From Mobula hypostoma (taxonomy: Eukaryota), in assembly GCF_963921235.1 (NCBI RefSeq), contig NC_086097.1:186808001-186872000 (forward strand): a stretch of 64,000 nucleotides of DNA, in the 5' to 3' direction. Position 1 is the stretch's first letter, and the number at the start of each line of letters is the position of its first letter. The notes beneath the pieces are model-generated. The model did not search any database. It saw only the letters and a list, made by a program, of their open reading frames with translations, and was not told the DNA's origin. The position numbers and the translations under genes were made by a program. Shown here piece after piece: positions 12,400 through 24,908 of this stretch.

Positions 12400-13360
12400 A
12401 TATCGGCGAAAGAGATGCATGTACCTTAGGCCAATACAGTAATCTTTGCAAATTTGTTGTATATGCATAAGATCAGGGAAAACATTAACAGATAATTTTC
12501 CAGTTGTATAATGAGAGACCCAGTAGTTCTGATACTTTGTATTAAGAAATATTCATTAATAACCTAGTGAAGTTTATTGTGGAACCACCAAGGGAAATTG
12601 GGAAGACATGTAGTTATAGTAAATGTATTGGAAGTAGATTGAAAAATAAGTAAAGATTTTGAAAGAAATTCTGTAATGATCATTCCATTGAGGAATTGGA
12701 ATCTCTATAGGGAAAGTATTTAATCTATGGTTAACAAGAATAATTAAAGAAAGTTTTGAATTAGGGGAAGATGCTTTCAGTGGTGTGCAAAAAAATCTGA
12801 AAACGGGAAAAAATTCGGAAGTTCAGAGTTGAACAAAAAATCAAGTTAAAATAGAATCGGGAAGTTAGTGAAGCAAAAATTCAGATTCTAAACACTTCGT
12901 TGGTGAGCAGCAAAAATAATCCTGATCCTTTATTGAGAAATATAGAAAAATTATAAATGGAAGTAGGAAACTTGTCACTTCTGTTAATAAATATTTACAG
13001 TAAATACTGCAGAAGACATATTAAAAGATTCTGGAAATAATAATAAACATGAACTCCAGAGCAAAGGACAAACTTAAAACATTTAGTAAAGATGTAGAAT
13101 CAGAGAAATTAGAAACAGTAAAGGCCAACATATCCTATGGAAATGATCACCTCTCTTCTAGCAATTTAAAGGAGGTGACTTCAAAAGTACTGAATGTATT
13201 GTTTTAATCTTACAAAATTGCACAAAATTTAGTATGGACATTGCTAATTGGAGGATACCAAGTGGAACTCTGCTAGTCAAGGAGTGAAGAGAGAAAAGAG
13301 GGAACTATACAGCAACTTTTGCTGGGAACATACTTTAATGTATTAACAGTGCACTTAAAT
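12400..13360 (+). mobile_element. Highly degenerate CR1 ORF2 remnant
   Basis: Purine-rich stretch with residual CR1-like motifs (GTGGAACCACCAAGGG; GGAGGATACC...GAGAAAAGAGGGAACTATA); no intact ORF. Confidence 0.45.
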
Positions 13361-13364
13361 CACA

Positions 13365-14537
13365 ATGTTATTGAGCAGAGTTAACTCATCTGAGACTTTC
13401 AACATCTCAAATGGCGTGAAGCAAGGGTGCTTTCTAGCACCAGTGCTCTTCAACCTCTTCTTCACTCAAATGCTGAAGCATGCTGTTAAGGACCTAGACC
13501 TGGGTATCTACATAAGATATCGCCTAGACGGATCGATGTTTGACCTGAGATACCTTGCTGCAGAAACCAAAATGCTGAGGAGGCTCATCACTAAAGCCCT
13601 GTTTGCTGATAACTGTGCCCTCATGGCCCACCAGGAGAATCACCTGCAGACGATTGTCGACAAGTTCTCCGCAGCCTCAAAGTTTGGCCTGACAATCAGC
13701 CTCAGTAAGACAGAAGTTCTACAACCTGCACCAAACATTCACCCTGCTCAGCCATGCATCACCATCAATGGCACTGTCCTGAAGAATGTGGAGAGCTTCA
13801 AGTATCTAGGAAGCACCATCTCCCATGACAGATCCCTTGATAAACAGATCATAGCAAGGATCCAGAAAGCCAACCAGGCACTCGGGAAACTCCGTGTCAA
13901 AGTTCTGGAGCACAAGGATATTCAGCTTTCAATCAAGCTGAAGGTGTACAAGGCTGTGGTCTTCACCTCTCTCCTGTATGGCTGTGAAACCTGGACCCTG
14001 TACCACAGGCACATCAAACAGCTGGAGCAGTTTCACATGCGCTCTCTGCGGTCGATCATGAGGATTCGATGGCAGGACCGAATCACCAACCAGGAAGTCC
14101 TTGACAGAGCCAACAGCACAAGCATTGAGGCAAGGATCCTCCTGTCCCAGCTACGCTGGATGGGCCATGTAATCCGCATGGGTGAAACAAGAATCCCCAT
14201 GCAGCTGCTCTACAGTGAGCTTCACATGGCAGTCGCAATCAGGGCCGCCCCAAAAAAAGATTCAAAGACAATCTGAAATCGTACATCAAATGGTCAGACC
14301 TCCAGCCTCGACAGCTTGAGGAGTCTGCAGACGATAGGGCTGCGTGGTGCGCCCTGACCAGAGAAGCTGCATCTGATTTTGAGGATGACCGAAATCAGCG
14401 CCTTGCAGCAGCACCAGACCGACACCACAAAGCTGTGTATGCACCTGTTCTAACAACCGGTATTCCATATCCAACCTGCAACCGCATGTGTGCTTCGGCC
14501 TTTGGCCTCCGAAGCCACATGCATATCCACAGATGAC
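13365..14537 (+). mobile_element. RTE-clade LINE, 5'-truncated (RT and C-terminal C2H2 finger)
   Basis: 303-aa ORF with GVKQGCFLAPVLFNLF, LFADNCAL, FKYLGS, LLYGCETW, LRWMGHVIRM; downstream frame ends PTCNRMCASAFGLRSHMHIHR*. Confidence 0.85.
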
Positions 14538-14599
14538 TACTCATTTGACATGATCAGATTATTGCATGTAGTTTCATTTTCATGCAGGTACTGAAAAAA

Positions 14600-14890
14600 A
14601 ATCTGAGGGAGAGGATTAATGATCACTTAAAAGGCAAGGACTAATCAGGGAAAAGCAACATAGCTTTATTAAGAGCAAATCCTCTCTGAGCAGTTTGAAG
14701 TAACAAGGTGTATTGATGAGGGCAAGGTAGTAGATATGATTTATATAGACCTTGGTAAGGCCTTTGCCAAGGTCTCACAAGGGAGACTGGTATGAAAGGT
14801 TAGATCCCAAGGGATCCAGGGCAAGTTGGCAAACTGGATCCAAAATTAACTTTGCAATAGGAAACAATGCATGTTGACATAACGTTGTTT
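14600..14890 (+). mobile_element. Degenerate CR1 RT fragment
   Basis: ATTGATGAGGGCAAGGTAGTAGATATGATTTATATAGACCTTGGTAAGGCCTTTGCCAAGGTC corresponds to IDEG..VD.IY.D..KAF.KV. Confidence 0.65.
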
Positions 14891-15253
14891 CTCTGATAAT
14901 GGCTCCTTTGTATCTTTTTGTTCACTATTACAGAGGGATTTCCTGATCTCTAAGAGGAGTCATGCTTTAACCTCCAGAGTTATGTTCTTTTTGAAACTTT
15001 CTACCTTCTGACCAAATAGGTGGAAACAACACCTAAGATTGGGCCACAAATGTGAAACAATGGTGCTTCAAAATTATCTCATGGTCAGCATTGACTAGTT
15101 AGCCCAAAGGGCCTGTTAATGTGCTCTCTGATTCACCAAGCACCTACTGGCGTAATGTAATGATGTTTGGTGCAAAGATTTTCAGATTTGATTCTACTTC
15201 AAATTGACCTATTTTCTATCTTTACACGATTAACTATTTTAATTAATTTACAG

Positions 15254-15284
15254 ATATGACCCAAAATCTATCAGAAAAAGATGA
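15254..15284 (+). CDS. NBN: Putative terminal coding exon of nibrin (NBN/NBS1): (R)YDPKSIRKR*
   Basis: AT-rich tract and TTTACAG acceptor at 15247-15253; phase-2 exon A TAT GAC CCA AAA TCT ATC AGA AAA AGA TGA resembles the mammalian nibrin C-terminus (FRYNPYLKRRR*); convergent with OSGIN2 as in mammals; followed by an AT-rich non-repeat tract with AATAAA. Upstream exons not found in the window. Confidence 0.7.
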
Positions 15285-15724
15285 TGCATTTGGGGAGAAT
15301 CATCACTGGGAGCAATAATCAAACCCTTCAGAGTATAATGGTATGTAGCTGAAGATGAGACCCAGAAGTCATGAAGATTTCCTTTTGGAATATTTACAGT
15401 TAATTCTATTCACGTTTAGGTGTTAATTTTAAAAGTCAGTCTTTTTTTTCTATACTTCTGTTGACCACATCGTTAGGCTACATCAAGTTTGGTGAGAATT
15501 TAGAGGAAGTTGGTGGAGAGCTGTTAAGTAACATTGGCTAATGAATGTATACTACCATTTTGAAACATGAATGTATTAAATAACTGATTCAAAAAATATA
15601 TTAAAATTCTTTCATGTACCATAAAAATTAATTTAATATTCTTTATATGTTTAAATGTTCACAAGTACGTTTATACAACAGAGTGGTATTTTACTACAAA
15701 TGTTGTACAGAAGTCAGATTTGAA

Positions 15725-15762
15725 AATAAAGAATTACAGTTTTAGTAGTACATTGGAATAAA
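15725..15762 (+). promoter_or_regulatory. Candidate polyadenylation signals of NBN (AATAAA at 15725 and 15757)
   Basis: Two AATAAA hexamers about 440-480 nt after the putative stop codon; AT-rich context makes chance occurrence possible. Confidence 0.4.
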
Positions 15763-16339
15763 ATATTCTAGTGGCCCAAGTTGTCTGTATGAAAAAAACC
15801 TGAGTTGTTTCATATGAACCTGAGTTTATCTTTGATCCAAATTTGCCTTTATATAGTTATTTTGTTTATATGAAAATAGATCTTACCATTCAAATTGCAG
15901 ATTCTGCATTAGCAAATACAGCTTAGATTTGTCAATCAACTTATCATGTTGAGATGTGTTTAAATCAATGTGCCTGTAATCGTTAAAATGCTATGGCCAT
16001 TCTGCATTATTAGAGTAAACTTTTGTGTGTAACTTACAGTAATCATAAGTCATTTATGTGAACGATTTGTCTTTCACAATGTTTATTTACCTTTACTTAC
16101 AAAATTGTTTCACAAGTGACATAGGGCAGAAAAATTACACCAAGCTTCAAAGATTTTAACAGTTACCAAGTAGGAATCAAAATCAGCATCTAGGGTTTAA
16201 GAGAATTATTATTTGAAAATAGCTAGCCAGCAGCAGCAGCTACTACTAAAAGAGAAATTGTTTTGTTTTTATTAATTATATCAATTTAGAAATTTCTTAA
16301 CAATTATGTACATTTTCAAAGAATTGGCATAATTGATAG

Positions 16340-16840
16340 TTGAACACTAGGAGATAGTTGTGGGAAATAGTGACCGAATTTGGGCGGTAATAGGTGGAAA
16401 CAAGAAAAAGTTGCAGATTTTGTGATCTGGTAAGAAAGATAGAGAGCAGAAACAAATATGGGTAGTAAGAAAAAGGGGGGGGTGAGACCCAGTGGGAGAT
16501 TTGTGTGGTGATGGGCAGATGGAGGCAGAGAAAGAAACTGGGTGATCGGGGACTGGGGTTTGGAAATAAGAGGCTTCATGGGAGGACATAGGTTGACCAG
16601 GAGCAGCAAGGAAGGATCAAGGGAAGGAGGTTACCTGAAATTTGGAATTCACTGTACATGCCATTGGGTTATAGACTACCCTGGGAGAATATGCATTACA
16701 GTTCATCTAGTTTGTGTTTGGCCTCACCATTTTAAGCTGTGCTTTTATTTACCCTTCCTATTCTCACACCAACCTATCTATCCTTGGTATTTTTCGCTAC
16801 TAGGATAAGGCCAAACGCAAACTAAAGAACAGCAGCTCAT
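16340..16840 (-). mobile_element. Old Penelope-like 3' remnant with small inversion
   Basis: Purine-rich tract and degenerate GIY-YIG 3' end like the younger PLE copies; 17-bp inverted repeat at 16708-16724 and 16808-16824 (1 mismatch). Confidence 0.45.
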
Positions 16841-17029
16841 CAACAGGCAGTTAGTGCTGCCACAGTTCTTTCAGCAAAGCAAGTCGACCATTCCAGCTAC
16901 TTTACACACACCCAGCAGAGAACAGAGTTGTATTCAGAATTTTAATATGTACATGTATAACAGCATGTTTTTATTAGCCGTAAATTGTGAAATATACTTA
17001 CTAAAATACAACAAAATCAGATTTCAGTG

Positions 17030-17930
17030 AACATAAAATAGTACAATATGGACTGCCATTTGACCTACGATGAGCGAATCATAACATTAGTTTATACAAA
17101 ATGTTATCCTGTTTATCATCCATATCCCTGTATTCCCCTCATATTCATGGGTCCATCTAAAGGCTTCTTAAAATCCACCAAACTGCCTGATCCCACTACT
17201 ATCCTTGGTAACCCATTCCAAGCACTTACATGCTCTGACCTTAAAAGCATGTCCTCTGGTATTTGTCATTTCTACCCTGGAGAACAATTTTAACTCTCTA
17301 CCTCATAATTTTAACAATCTCTATCAGGTTTGCCCTCAACCTCCAACACCAAGAATAACCTAAGTTTGTCCAACCTCTCCTTATAGCTCATACCCTCCAA
17401 ACCAGGAAACAATGTGGTAAACAACTTCATACTTCCCACAATCCCACATCCTTCCTATAAGTGGTTACTTTAGGGCATCACAGCAGTGTAGCAATTAGCA
17501 CGAAGCTATTACAGCTCAGGCTGTCTAAGGAGTTTATATCCTACCCGTTAAGCCATAGCTTTCTTCTGGGTGCTCTGGTTTCCTCCCACATTCTAAAGAT
17601 GCCAGTTAGTAGGTTCATTGGTCATTGTAAATTATCCTGTGATTAGGTTAAGTTTAAAGAGGTGGGTTGCTGGGTGGTGCAGCACTTTGGGACAGGAGGG
17701 CCTGTACCTCAAAATAATGGGGTGATCCAGAAATGCATCAAGTGCAGTCAGACTGAAGTTTTATATTCATTACTCTCATAATCAACGCCCCAAATACTGA
17801 AGGCAAACATTCCAAAATTTTCAACATCTGTAGTTTCTCTTGTGTTTAAATAACCCATATGCCTTCTTTACCATCTCAGCCACTTGTGTGGTCAATTTGT
17901 CTGAACTATGACCCTGGACAGCAGTATCTG
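17030..17930 (-). mobile_element. Degenerate CR1 3' fragment with a plus-strand V-SINE inserted at about 17473-17715
   Basis: CCCACATCCTTCCTATAAGTGG and CTCTATCAGGTTTGCCCTCAACCTCC are CR1 reverse motifs; the SINE core is GGGTGCTCTGGTTTCCTCCCACATTCTAAAG. Confidence 0.65.
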
Positions 17931-18930
17931 TGCATCCTCTGCAATCTTGTTCCATGCATAAACAGGTAAAATGTATCAAATAAAAAATTGTAGATGACTC
18001 AACTTCTCCAGATTATCATGTCCCCTCTCACCCCCAATAAAACTTAATATGGATGTATGGCTAAAATTGTGTAAAGATAAATGATGCTTCCACTTTTGGA
18101 AAGCAGCTGAAAATTCTGGCTTCACCCATTTTTGACTTCTTTTCTAGGCATTGACATTGAACTTACCTTGGTTGCTGAGGTCGATAAATGTAAACTGTTG
18201 TGTATTAATATTTAATATTTCAGTAATATTTTGTGTATAAAATATATACACACACACATATATATATATAGATTAAGCATTTTTCTTCAATTTATTACAG
18301 GTTGTATGTATAAATATGTGAATTGCAAACATCATGCTGTCACGTGATACACGTGTGCCTCACTTAAAGTAAACTCAAGGTTAGACTCATATTTCAGACT
18401 CCTGTGTCTTTCTTTGAATTATTTAATGTTTTGAAGTTACAAAACAACATTGGCAACAAGGTATTTTTTAAATTAACACGAAATGGCTACCAAAGACGCA
18501 GCAAGACGTTCAAACTAAAAACAGGTAAAATACACCGCATAGCACATGCAGAGATGCAGCCCATGTTCTGCAAAAGGGAAGAAATGATCGAGTTTTAAAA
18601 AAACAGTAAATAAAGAATTCTCAGCTTCATAAAAAGTGAGTACCAGGTGATAATAATCATTAAAACAAAAGGCAGAAATGGTTAACTGCACTGGAAAGAT
18701 TGATGCATTTGATTACACAACAGATGACTGGATTTATATACTAAGCAAATTGAACAATATCTTGAAGCAAATGTAATAGCCAGTGAGAAATGGGTAGCAA
18801 TTTTGTTGAGTACATTGGGCTTAAAGCAATAGTTTGCTTTGTAGTTTAATTGCTCCAACCAAACCATCTGAAATTAGTGTTGCTGGCTGGCATTGTCAAA
18901 GTAATGCATGAACATTTACAGCTAAAGCCA

Positions 18931-19482
18931 TAAGACCAAAAGATATAGGAGGGTGGCCCATTGAGTCTGCTCTACCATATCATCATTGATCCATTTTCCT
19001 TTTCAGCCCCAATCTCCTGCCTTCTCCCTGTATCCTATCCTTTCATCCCCTGACTAATCCGGAATCTATCAACCTCTCCTTTAAAGATACCCAATGAATT
19101 GGCCTCCACAGCCACTAGTAGCAGCGAATTCTAAAGATTCAGCACCCTCTGGCTAAAGAAATTCCTCTTCATCTTAGTTCTAAATGGACATCCTTCTATT
19201 CTGAGGTTGTAGCCTCTAGTCCTAAACTGCTCAAACACCTCTCATATGATAAGCCTTTCAATCCCGGAATCATTTTTGTGAACCTCCCTTGTATCCTCTC
19301 CAATGTCGATACATTCTTTCTTAGATGGGGGCACAAAACTGCTCACAATATGCCAAGTGGTGACTCACTAGAGCTTTATAAAGCCTCAACATTACATCCT
19401 TGTTTTTATATTCTAGTCCTCTTGAAATGAATGTGAACATCTCATTAGCTTTCCTCACCACCGACTCAACCTGAAAATTAAC
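18931..19482 (-). mobile_element. 5'-truncated CR1 inserted in Gypsy gag
   Basis: CR1 3' UTR reverse complement with TAAGACC tail at 18931; the gag frame resumes at about 19483. Confidence 0.85.
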
Positions 19483-21376
19483 TATTGTTGATTGTGGAGT
19501 TCTTTAGGTTTCATAAGTGGAATCAAAAGGAAGGGGAGTCCATTTCAGTGTACCTGGCTGAATCGAAGAGATTATCTGAACATTGTCAGTTCTATGATAG
19601 TCTTCATGATGCACTGAGATCATTCAGTTTGTGGAATCTTACAAGAAAGCATTCAAAAACTTCTCTTAACTGAAGCACAACTTACATTTAAAAGAGCAGT
19701 CAAAGTTGCTGTTTCAAAGGAAACTGCAGACAGAGATGCAACTGAATTGCAGTGGAATGAAAGTGAGCATAAACAAAACTGCAATGTCTTAACAGAAACC
19801 AAACAAATTCTGTTACCATTGTGCAGGGGCTCACATACATCAAACAAATGCATGTTTAAAGGTTAAACTCGCAGAACATAAAACAAAGTAGGACAAATAC
19901 AGAGAACATATGAGACAGATAAAAATAAATAGACTGCACAGGAAAAGAAAAAGCTAAAAAGTCAAGTTGCAGTTTCAAAAGAGCACTAATCTGCATGCTG
20001 TTGATTAAAAATCTGATATTGATAGGGGTGGCATAGAACTGGGTAGCCTTGAGATTTACAGTTTGAAGTTTAACAAATAGACAAGCAAGCAAATAGACCA
20101 GAAATGAATGGCAAATTAATTAAAATGGAATTAGACACAGGCTCAGCTATTTCAATCATTTCACAAAATGAGTTTGAGAGACATTTCAAAAATACTAAAA
20201 TAAAACCTGCAGATATGCAACTAAGAACATACTGGACAAAAGATGGCAATGACATTTGTAACAGTGAAATACAACAACCAACAAGCTACATTGAGCTTGA
20301 ATGTGGAAAAGCAGGAGACCAGAATTGTGGGGATATGTTTGGCTGAGACAACTACAACTTTATTGGAGATTCACCCACAATTTGCATGTCACAACTGTCT
20401 GAACACCATGGACCGTTGCCCAACAGAGGACAAATAGGTATTGGTGCCAATCTCTGTACCTTTGGTTGGAGAGCATATTGGAGCAAGAAAGGACTATGCT
20501 GTTCAGAGGAAGGGTGGAAGTGATGACACCAGTGGTCCGAAGGTAACGTATCTGCAAAAGTCTCTAATATGTTATTCAGGCAGTTACTTGTGAAAATGTG
20601 TCTTGGTTTAAGCTGGAAGAGACTTCAAGAAGCTTCAGAAAAGTTGCAAACATTCAGCTTTCGTGAACATTCTGAACCAGAATCTACTCTGCATGCATTA
20701 AGGATGTTGTATAAACTTCGAGTGGGAGATAAGAAGCTGTCAAAGTAGATGCAAAGACTAAAGCCCAGCTGAATGAATGAAAGGCCAAAAAGGAAGGCGT
20801 CAGTGGGGATTCAAAAACAGGGGATCTGTCAGGTGACGTCGTGGATGCGGAAACCAAGAGAAGAGATCAGGTCATAAAAGGAGCAATAGAAGGATTAATA
20901 AGGGAATACTCCAGTAAACTAAATGCACCTTCGCAAGATCAAGATCTACAAACTAGAAAGAAGAAAGACACGTTGAAAAGGAGAAGAAAGGTTCCAGAGC
21001 TGTCTGAACCAGTTCCTGCAGTCTCAGTGTCAGCTCCAACAACAATCATGGAGGAGGTCCCAGAATCTCAGATTGTTTCACAGCGACAAGTCTCAGTTAC
21101 CAAGCCGAGTTACCCAAGAGTGAGAAATCCTTCACAGCAGTTGAATCTTTAGGCTTGAATGGGACAATTTAAAATTTACTATGCTGTGGAGGTCTGTATA
21201 TAGTAAATGTATTATATAATATACTGTGTATATAATTGAGGTGCATTCTGTTTTGAGTTGGTGTTTATAGCTATTGTGAACTTAAAATGTAAGTAATATT
21301 CTAGTAATGTATGTTGGGTGATTAAGCATTCTTCATTCAAATAATTCATTACAGATTATATGTATAAATACGTGAA

Positions 21377-21730
21377 TAGGCCTTGATAGAGTGGATATGG
21401 AGAGGATCTTTCTTACGATGGGAGAGTCTAAGGCCAGAGGACATAGCCTCAGAATAGAGGGTTGTCCTTTTGGAACAGAGATGAGGAAGAATTTCCAGAT
21501 AGAGGTGAATCTGTGGAATTCTTTGCCGTGGGCAGCTGTGGAGGCCAAGTCTTTATGTATATTTAAAGCAGGGGTTGACATATTCTTGATAGGTCAGGGC
21601 ATGAAGGGATATCGGGAGAAGGCTGGAGATGGGGGTTGAGAGGAAAATTTAATCAGCCATGATGAAATGGCAGAGCAGACTCGATGGTCAATTGGCCTAA
21701 TTCTGCTCCTGTATCCTATGGTCTTATGGT
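21377..21730 (+). mobile_element. 5'-truncated CR1 inserted in the Gypsy 3' LTR
   Basis: GESKARGHSLRIEGCPF; tail CCTATGGTCTTATGGT; LTR sequence continues on both sides. Confidence 0.85.
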
Positions 21731-21957
21731 CATCATCACACTACCACTTGACAGGTGCATCTCGCTTAAATTAAACTCCAAATTAGGTTTGCAATTTGGA
21801 TTCCCATGTCTTCCTTTGAATTAGTTTAATGTTTTGAAGTTACAAAACATAACAACTTCTATTATTTGAAGACCTGTGTTTCCTTCAGTGACTTTGGAGG
21901 GAGACACAGACTTAAGAAGGGCATAGGGATTCTGGTAACAAAACTGGAACAGATGTA

Positions 21958-23616
21958 AACACAAGGAAATCTGCAGATGCTGGAATTTCAAGCAATACAC
22001 ATAAAAGTTGCTGGTGGACGCAGCAGGTCAGGCAGCATTTCTAGGAAGAGGTACAGTCGACGTTTCGGGTCGAGACTCTTCTTCAGGACTATTTGAAGGA
22101 AGAGCTAGGAAGAGATTTGAAAGTGGGGGGGGGAGGGGAGATCCAAAATGATAGGAGAAGACAGGAGGGGGAGGGATGGAGCCAAGAGCTGAACAGGTGA
22201 TTGGTAAAAAGGATAGGAGAGTATCATGGGACAGGAGGCCTAGGGAGAAAGAAAGGGGGAAGGGGGAAGCCCAGAGGATGGACAAGCGGTATAGTGGGAG
22301 GGACAGAGGGAGAAAAAACAGAGAGAAAAAGAGCATTATATATATATAGAAAAAATAATGGATGGGGTACGAGGGGAGGTGGGGCATTAACGGAAGTTAG
22401 AGAAGTCGATGTTCACGCCATCAGGTCAGAGGCTATCCAGACTGAATATAAGGTGTTGTTCCTCCAACCTGAGTGCGGCTTCATCTTTACGGTAGAGGAG
22501 GCTGTGGATAGACATGTCAAAATGGGAATGGGACATGGAATTAAAATGTGTTGCAACTGGGAGATCCTGTTTTCTCTGGCGGACAGAGCATAGGTGTTCA
22601 GCGAAACGGTCTCCCAGTTTGCGTCGGGTCTCGCCAATATATAGAAGGCTGCATCAGGAGCACCGGATGCGGTATATCACCCCTGCCAACTCACAGGTGA
22701 AGTGTCGCCTCACCTGGAAGGACTGTCTGGGGCCCTGAATAGTAGTGAGGGAGGAAGTGTACGGGCATGTGTAGCACTTGTTTCATTTACAAGGATAAGT
22801 CCCGGGAGGGAGATCAGTGGGGAGGGATGGGGGGGGGAACGAATGGACAAAGGAGTCACGTAGGGAGCGATCCCTGTGGGAAGCAGAAGGGGCGGGGGGG
22901 AGGGAAAGATGTGTTTAGTGGTGGGATCCCATTGGAGGTGGTGGAAGTCACGGAAAATTATATGTTGGACCCGGAGGCTGGTGGGGTGGTAGGTGAGGAC
23001 AAGGGGAACCCTATTCCTAGTGGGGTGGCAGGAGGATGGGGTGAGAGCAGAGGTGTGTCAAATGGGAGAGATGCGTTTGAAAGCAGAGTTGATGGTGGAG
23101 GAAGGGAAGCCCCTTTCTTTAAAAAAGGAGGACATCTCCTTTGTCCTGGACTGAAAAGCCTCATCCTGAGAGCAGATGCGGCGGAGACGGAGGAATTGCG
23201 AGAAGGGGTGGCACTTTTGCAAGAGACAGGGTGAGAAGAGGAATTGTCCAGATAGCTGTGAGAGTCCGTAGGCTTATGGTAGACATCAGTAGATAAGCTG
23301 TCTCCACAGATAGATCTTTCTTGCCCATCCTCTTGGTTTTATCCCCCCTCCCCCTTTTCTTTCTCCCTGGGCCTCCTGTCCCATGATCCTCTCATATACC
23401 TTTTGCCAATCACCAGTCCAGCTCTTGGCTCCATCCCTCCCCCTCCTGTCTTCTATCATTTGGGATCTCCTCCTCCCCCTCCCACTTTCAAATCCCTTAC
23501 TAGCTCTTCTTTCAGTTAGTCCTGATGAAGGGTCTCAGCCCAAAACGTTGACTGTACCTCTTCCTAGAGATGCTGCCTGGCCTGCTGCGTTCACCAGCAA
23601 CTTTTTATGTGTGTTT
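21958..23616. mobile_element. Penelope-like element: minus-strand body (GIY-YIG and terminal repeat, to about 23313) plus inverted plus-strand terminal repeat
   Basis: Minus strand encodes VIYRIRCS.CSLLYIGETRRKLGDRFAEHL; inverted repeat arm at about 23320-23616; TSD CTGGAACA(G/T)ATGTA at 21944-21957 and 23617-23630. Confidence 0.9.
22054..22091 (-). ncRNA. Minimal type-I hammerhead ribozyme motif (PLE-associated)
   Basis: UAGUC-CUGAAGA-A-GAGUCUCGACCC-GAAAC-GUC-GACUG: intact core boxes, stem I and GUC triplet; one mismatch in stem II. Confidence 0.7.
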
Positions 23617-23892
23617 CTGGAACATATGTATCTATTTTCTAGAGATGATAGCACCTACAGGTGGAGAAGTGCTACAATCTGATTGAAGAATATTGTATCA
23701 TTTTCATACTCCCATTTCTAAGGAACACATGGTCCAAAATAATAGCATAGCAATACAAGAGTAACCCCTTTGAAAAAGAGCTCCACCTTTTCCTGAAATG
23801 ATTTTTATTTGTTTCATTTACCTTGTTAACTCTTACTGGTTTCTATTTCATTTGTGTTTAGAAAGGTATTGAACAAAACTCACTTAAATTGC

Positions 23893-24029
23893 AGCAACAC
23901 ACATCGAAGGGTCTCGGCCTGAAACGTCGACTATACCTGTTCCTAGAGATGCTGCCTGGCCTGCTGCGTTCACCAGCAACTTTGATGTGGGTTGCTTGAA
24001 TTTCCAGCATCTGCAGAATTCCTCGTGTT
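23893..24029 (+). mobile_element. Short PLE terminal-repeat insertion with 13-nt inverted 5' piece
   Basis: TSD CACTTAAATTGC at 23881-23892 and 24030-24041; AGCAACACACATC is the reverse complement of the repeat's GATGTGTGTTGCT. Confidence 0.85.
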
Positions 24030-24444
24030 CACTTAAATTGCCTTATTCCTTTAGCAAATGAATTATTTCTCCTAGATTCCAATTGAAATTACACCTCTAT
24101 ATTTTGAATCTACCCATGATTATATTCAAGATATTCAGTATTTGCTGACACATTTCTTTTTGTCGTATTATTAGATCCAGCACCTGCATGCTGTTAACAA
24201 TGTTTTCCAAAACTATTTTGGTATGCAGTTCAACCTTATCCTTCACTGCTTTACCTAGTGCTTTCCCTTTCAGATATAAAGAATAGAAAACATCAACAAC
24301 TTATAAGTTCCAACTTCCTTCTTCAGATTCCCTAACTCCACCACTTGTCCCTAATCTCACTTCATGGCATATTTTTACCGTTTCTTCTGATCTTCTGTTC
24401 TCTTACCCTGAATGCAGTAGTCAGCACTGAAAGCAAGCAGAAGT

Positions 24445-24555
24445 TCTGTACTTACCCATTCACCTCGTCCCTCACCTCCATTCAGGGCCCCAAACTGTCC
24501 TTCCAGGTGAGGCAACATTTCACCTGTGAATCTGTTGGTGTCATTTACTGTCGGT
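24445..24555 (+). mobile_element. PLE internal fragment
   Basis: CCATTCAGGGCCCCAAACTGTCCTTCCAGGTGAGGCAACATTTCACCTGTGA matches 42886-42937. Confidence 0.7.
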
Positions 24556-24908
24556 TTCAACCTATCAAATGTTGAAAGGCCTAGATAGAGTGAATGTGGA
24601 GAGGATGTTTCCTATAGTAAGAGAATCTAGGGCCAGAGGGCACAACCTTAGAATAGAGGAGCATCCATTTGGCATGGAGATCAGGCATTAGTTCTTTAGC
24701 CAGAGGGTGGTAAATTTGTGGAGTTTATCATTGGGTGTATTTAAGGTGGAGGTTGATAGGTTCTTGATTAGTCAGGATGTTAAAGGTTATGGGGAGAAGA
24801 CAGGAGAATCGGGTTGAGAGGGAACTGGATCAGCCATGATCAAATGGTGGAGCAGACTCGAAAATTAACCATTGTCGAATGGCTTTATTCTGCTCCTATG
24901 TCTTATGA
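24556..24908 (+). mobile_element. 5'-truncated CR1 3' end
   Basis: GGCCTAGATAGAGTG...GGGCACAACCTTAGAATAGAGG...TCTGCTCCTATGTCTTATG. Confidence 0.85.

Larger units (their letters stand above)
18196..21854 (+). mobile_element. Gypsy/Ty3 LTR retrotransposon, internally deleted (gag and protease, no RT/RNase H), decayed
   Basis: Related LTRs at 18196-18449 (TG...CA) and about 21272-21854, sharing TTTAATGTTTTGAAGTTACAAAACA; PBS-like TGGCAACAAGG at 18451; gag motifs IEQYLEAN and LLIVEFFRFHKWNQKEGESIS; protease MELDTGSAISII at 20125; pol-end-like SYPRVRNPSQQLNL*. Confidence 0.85.
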
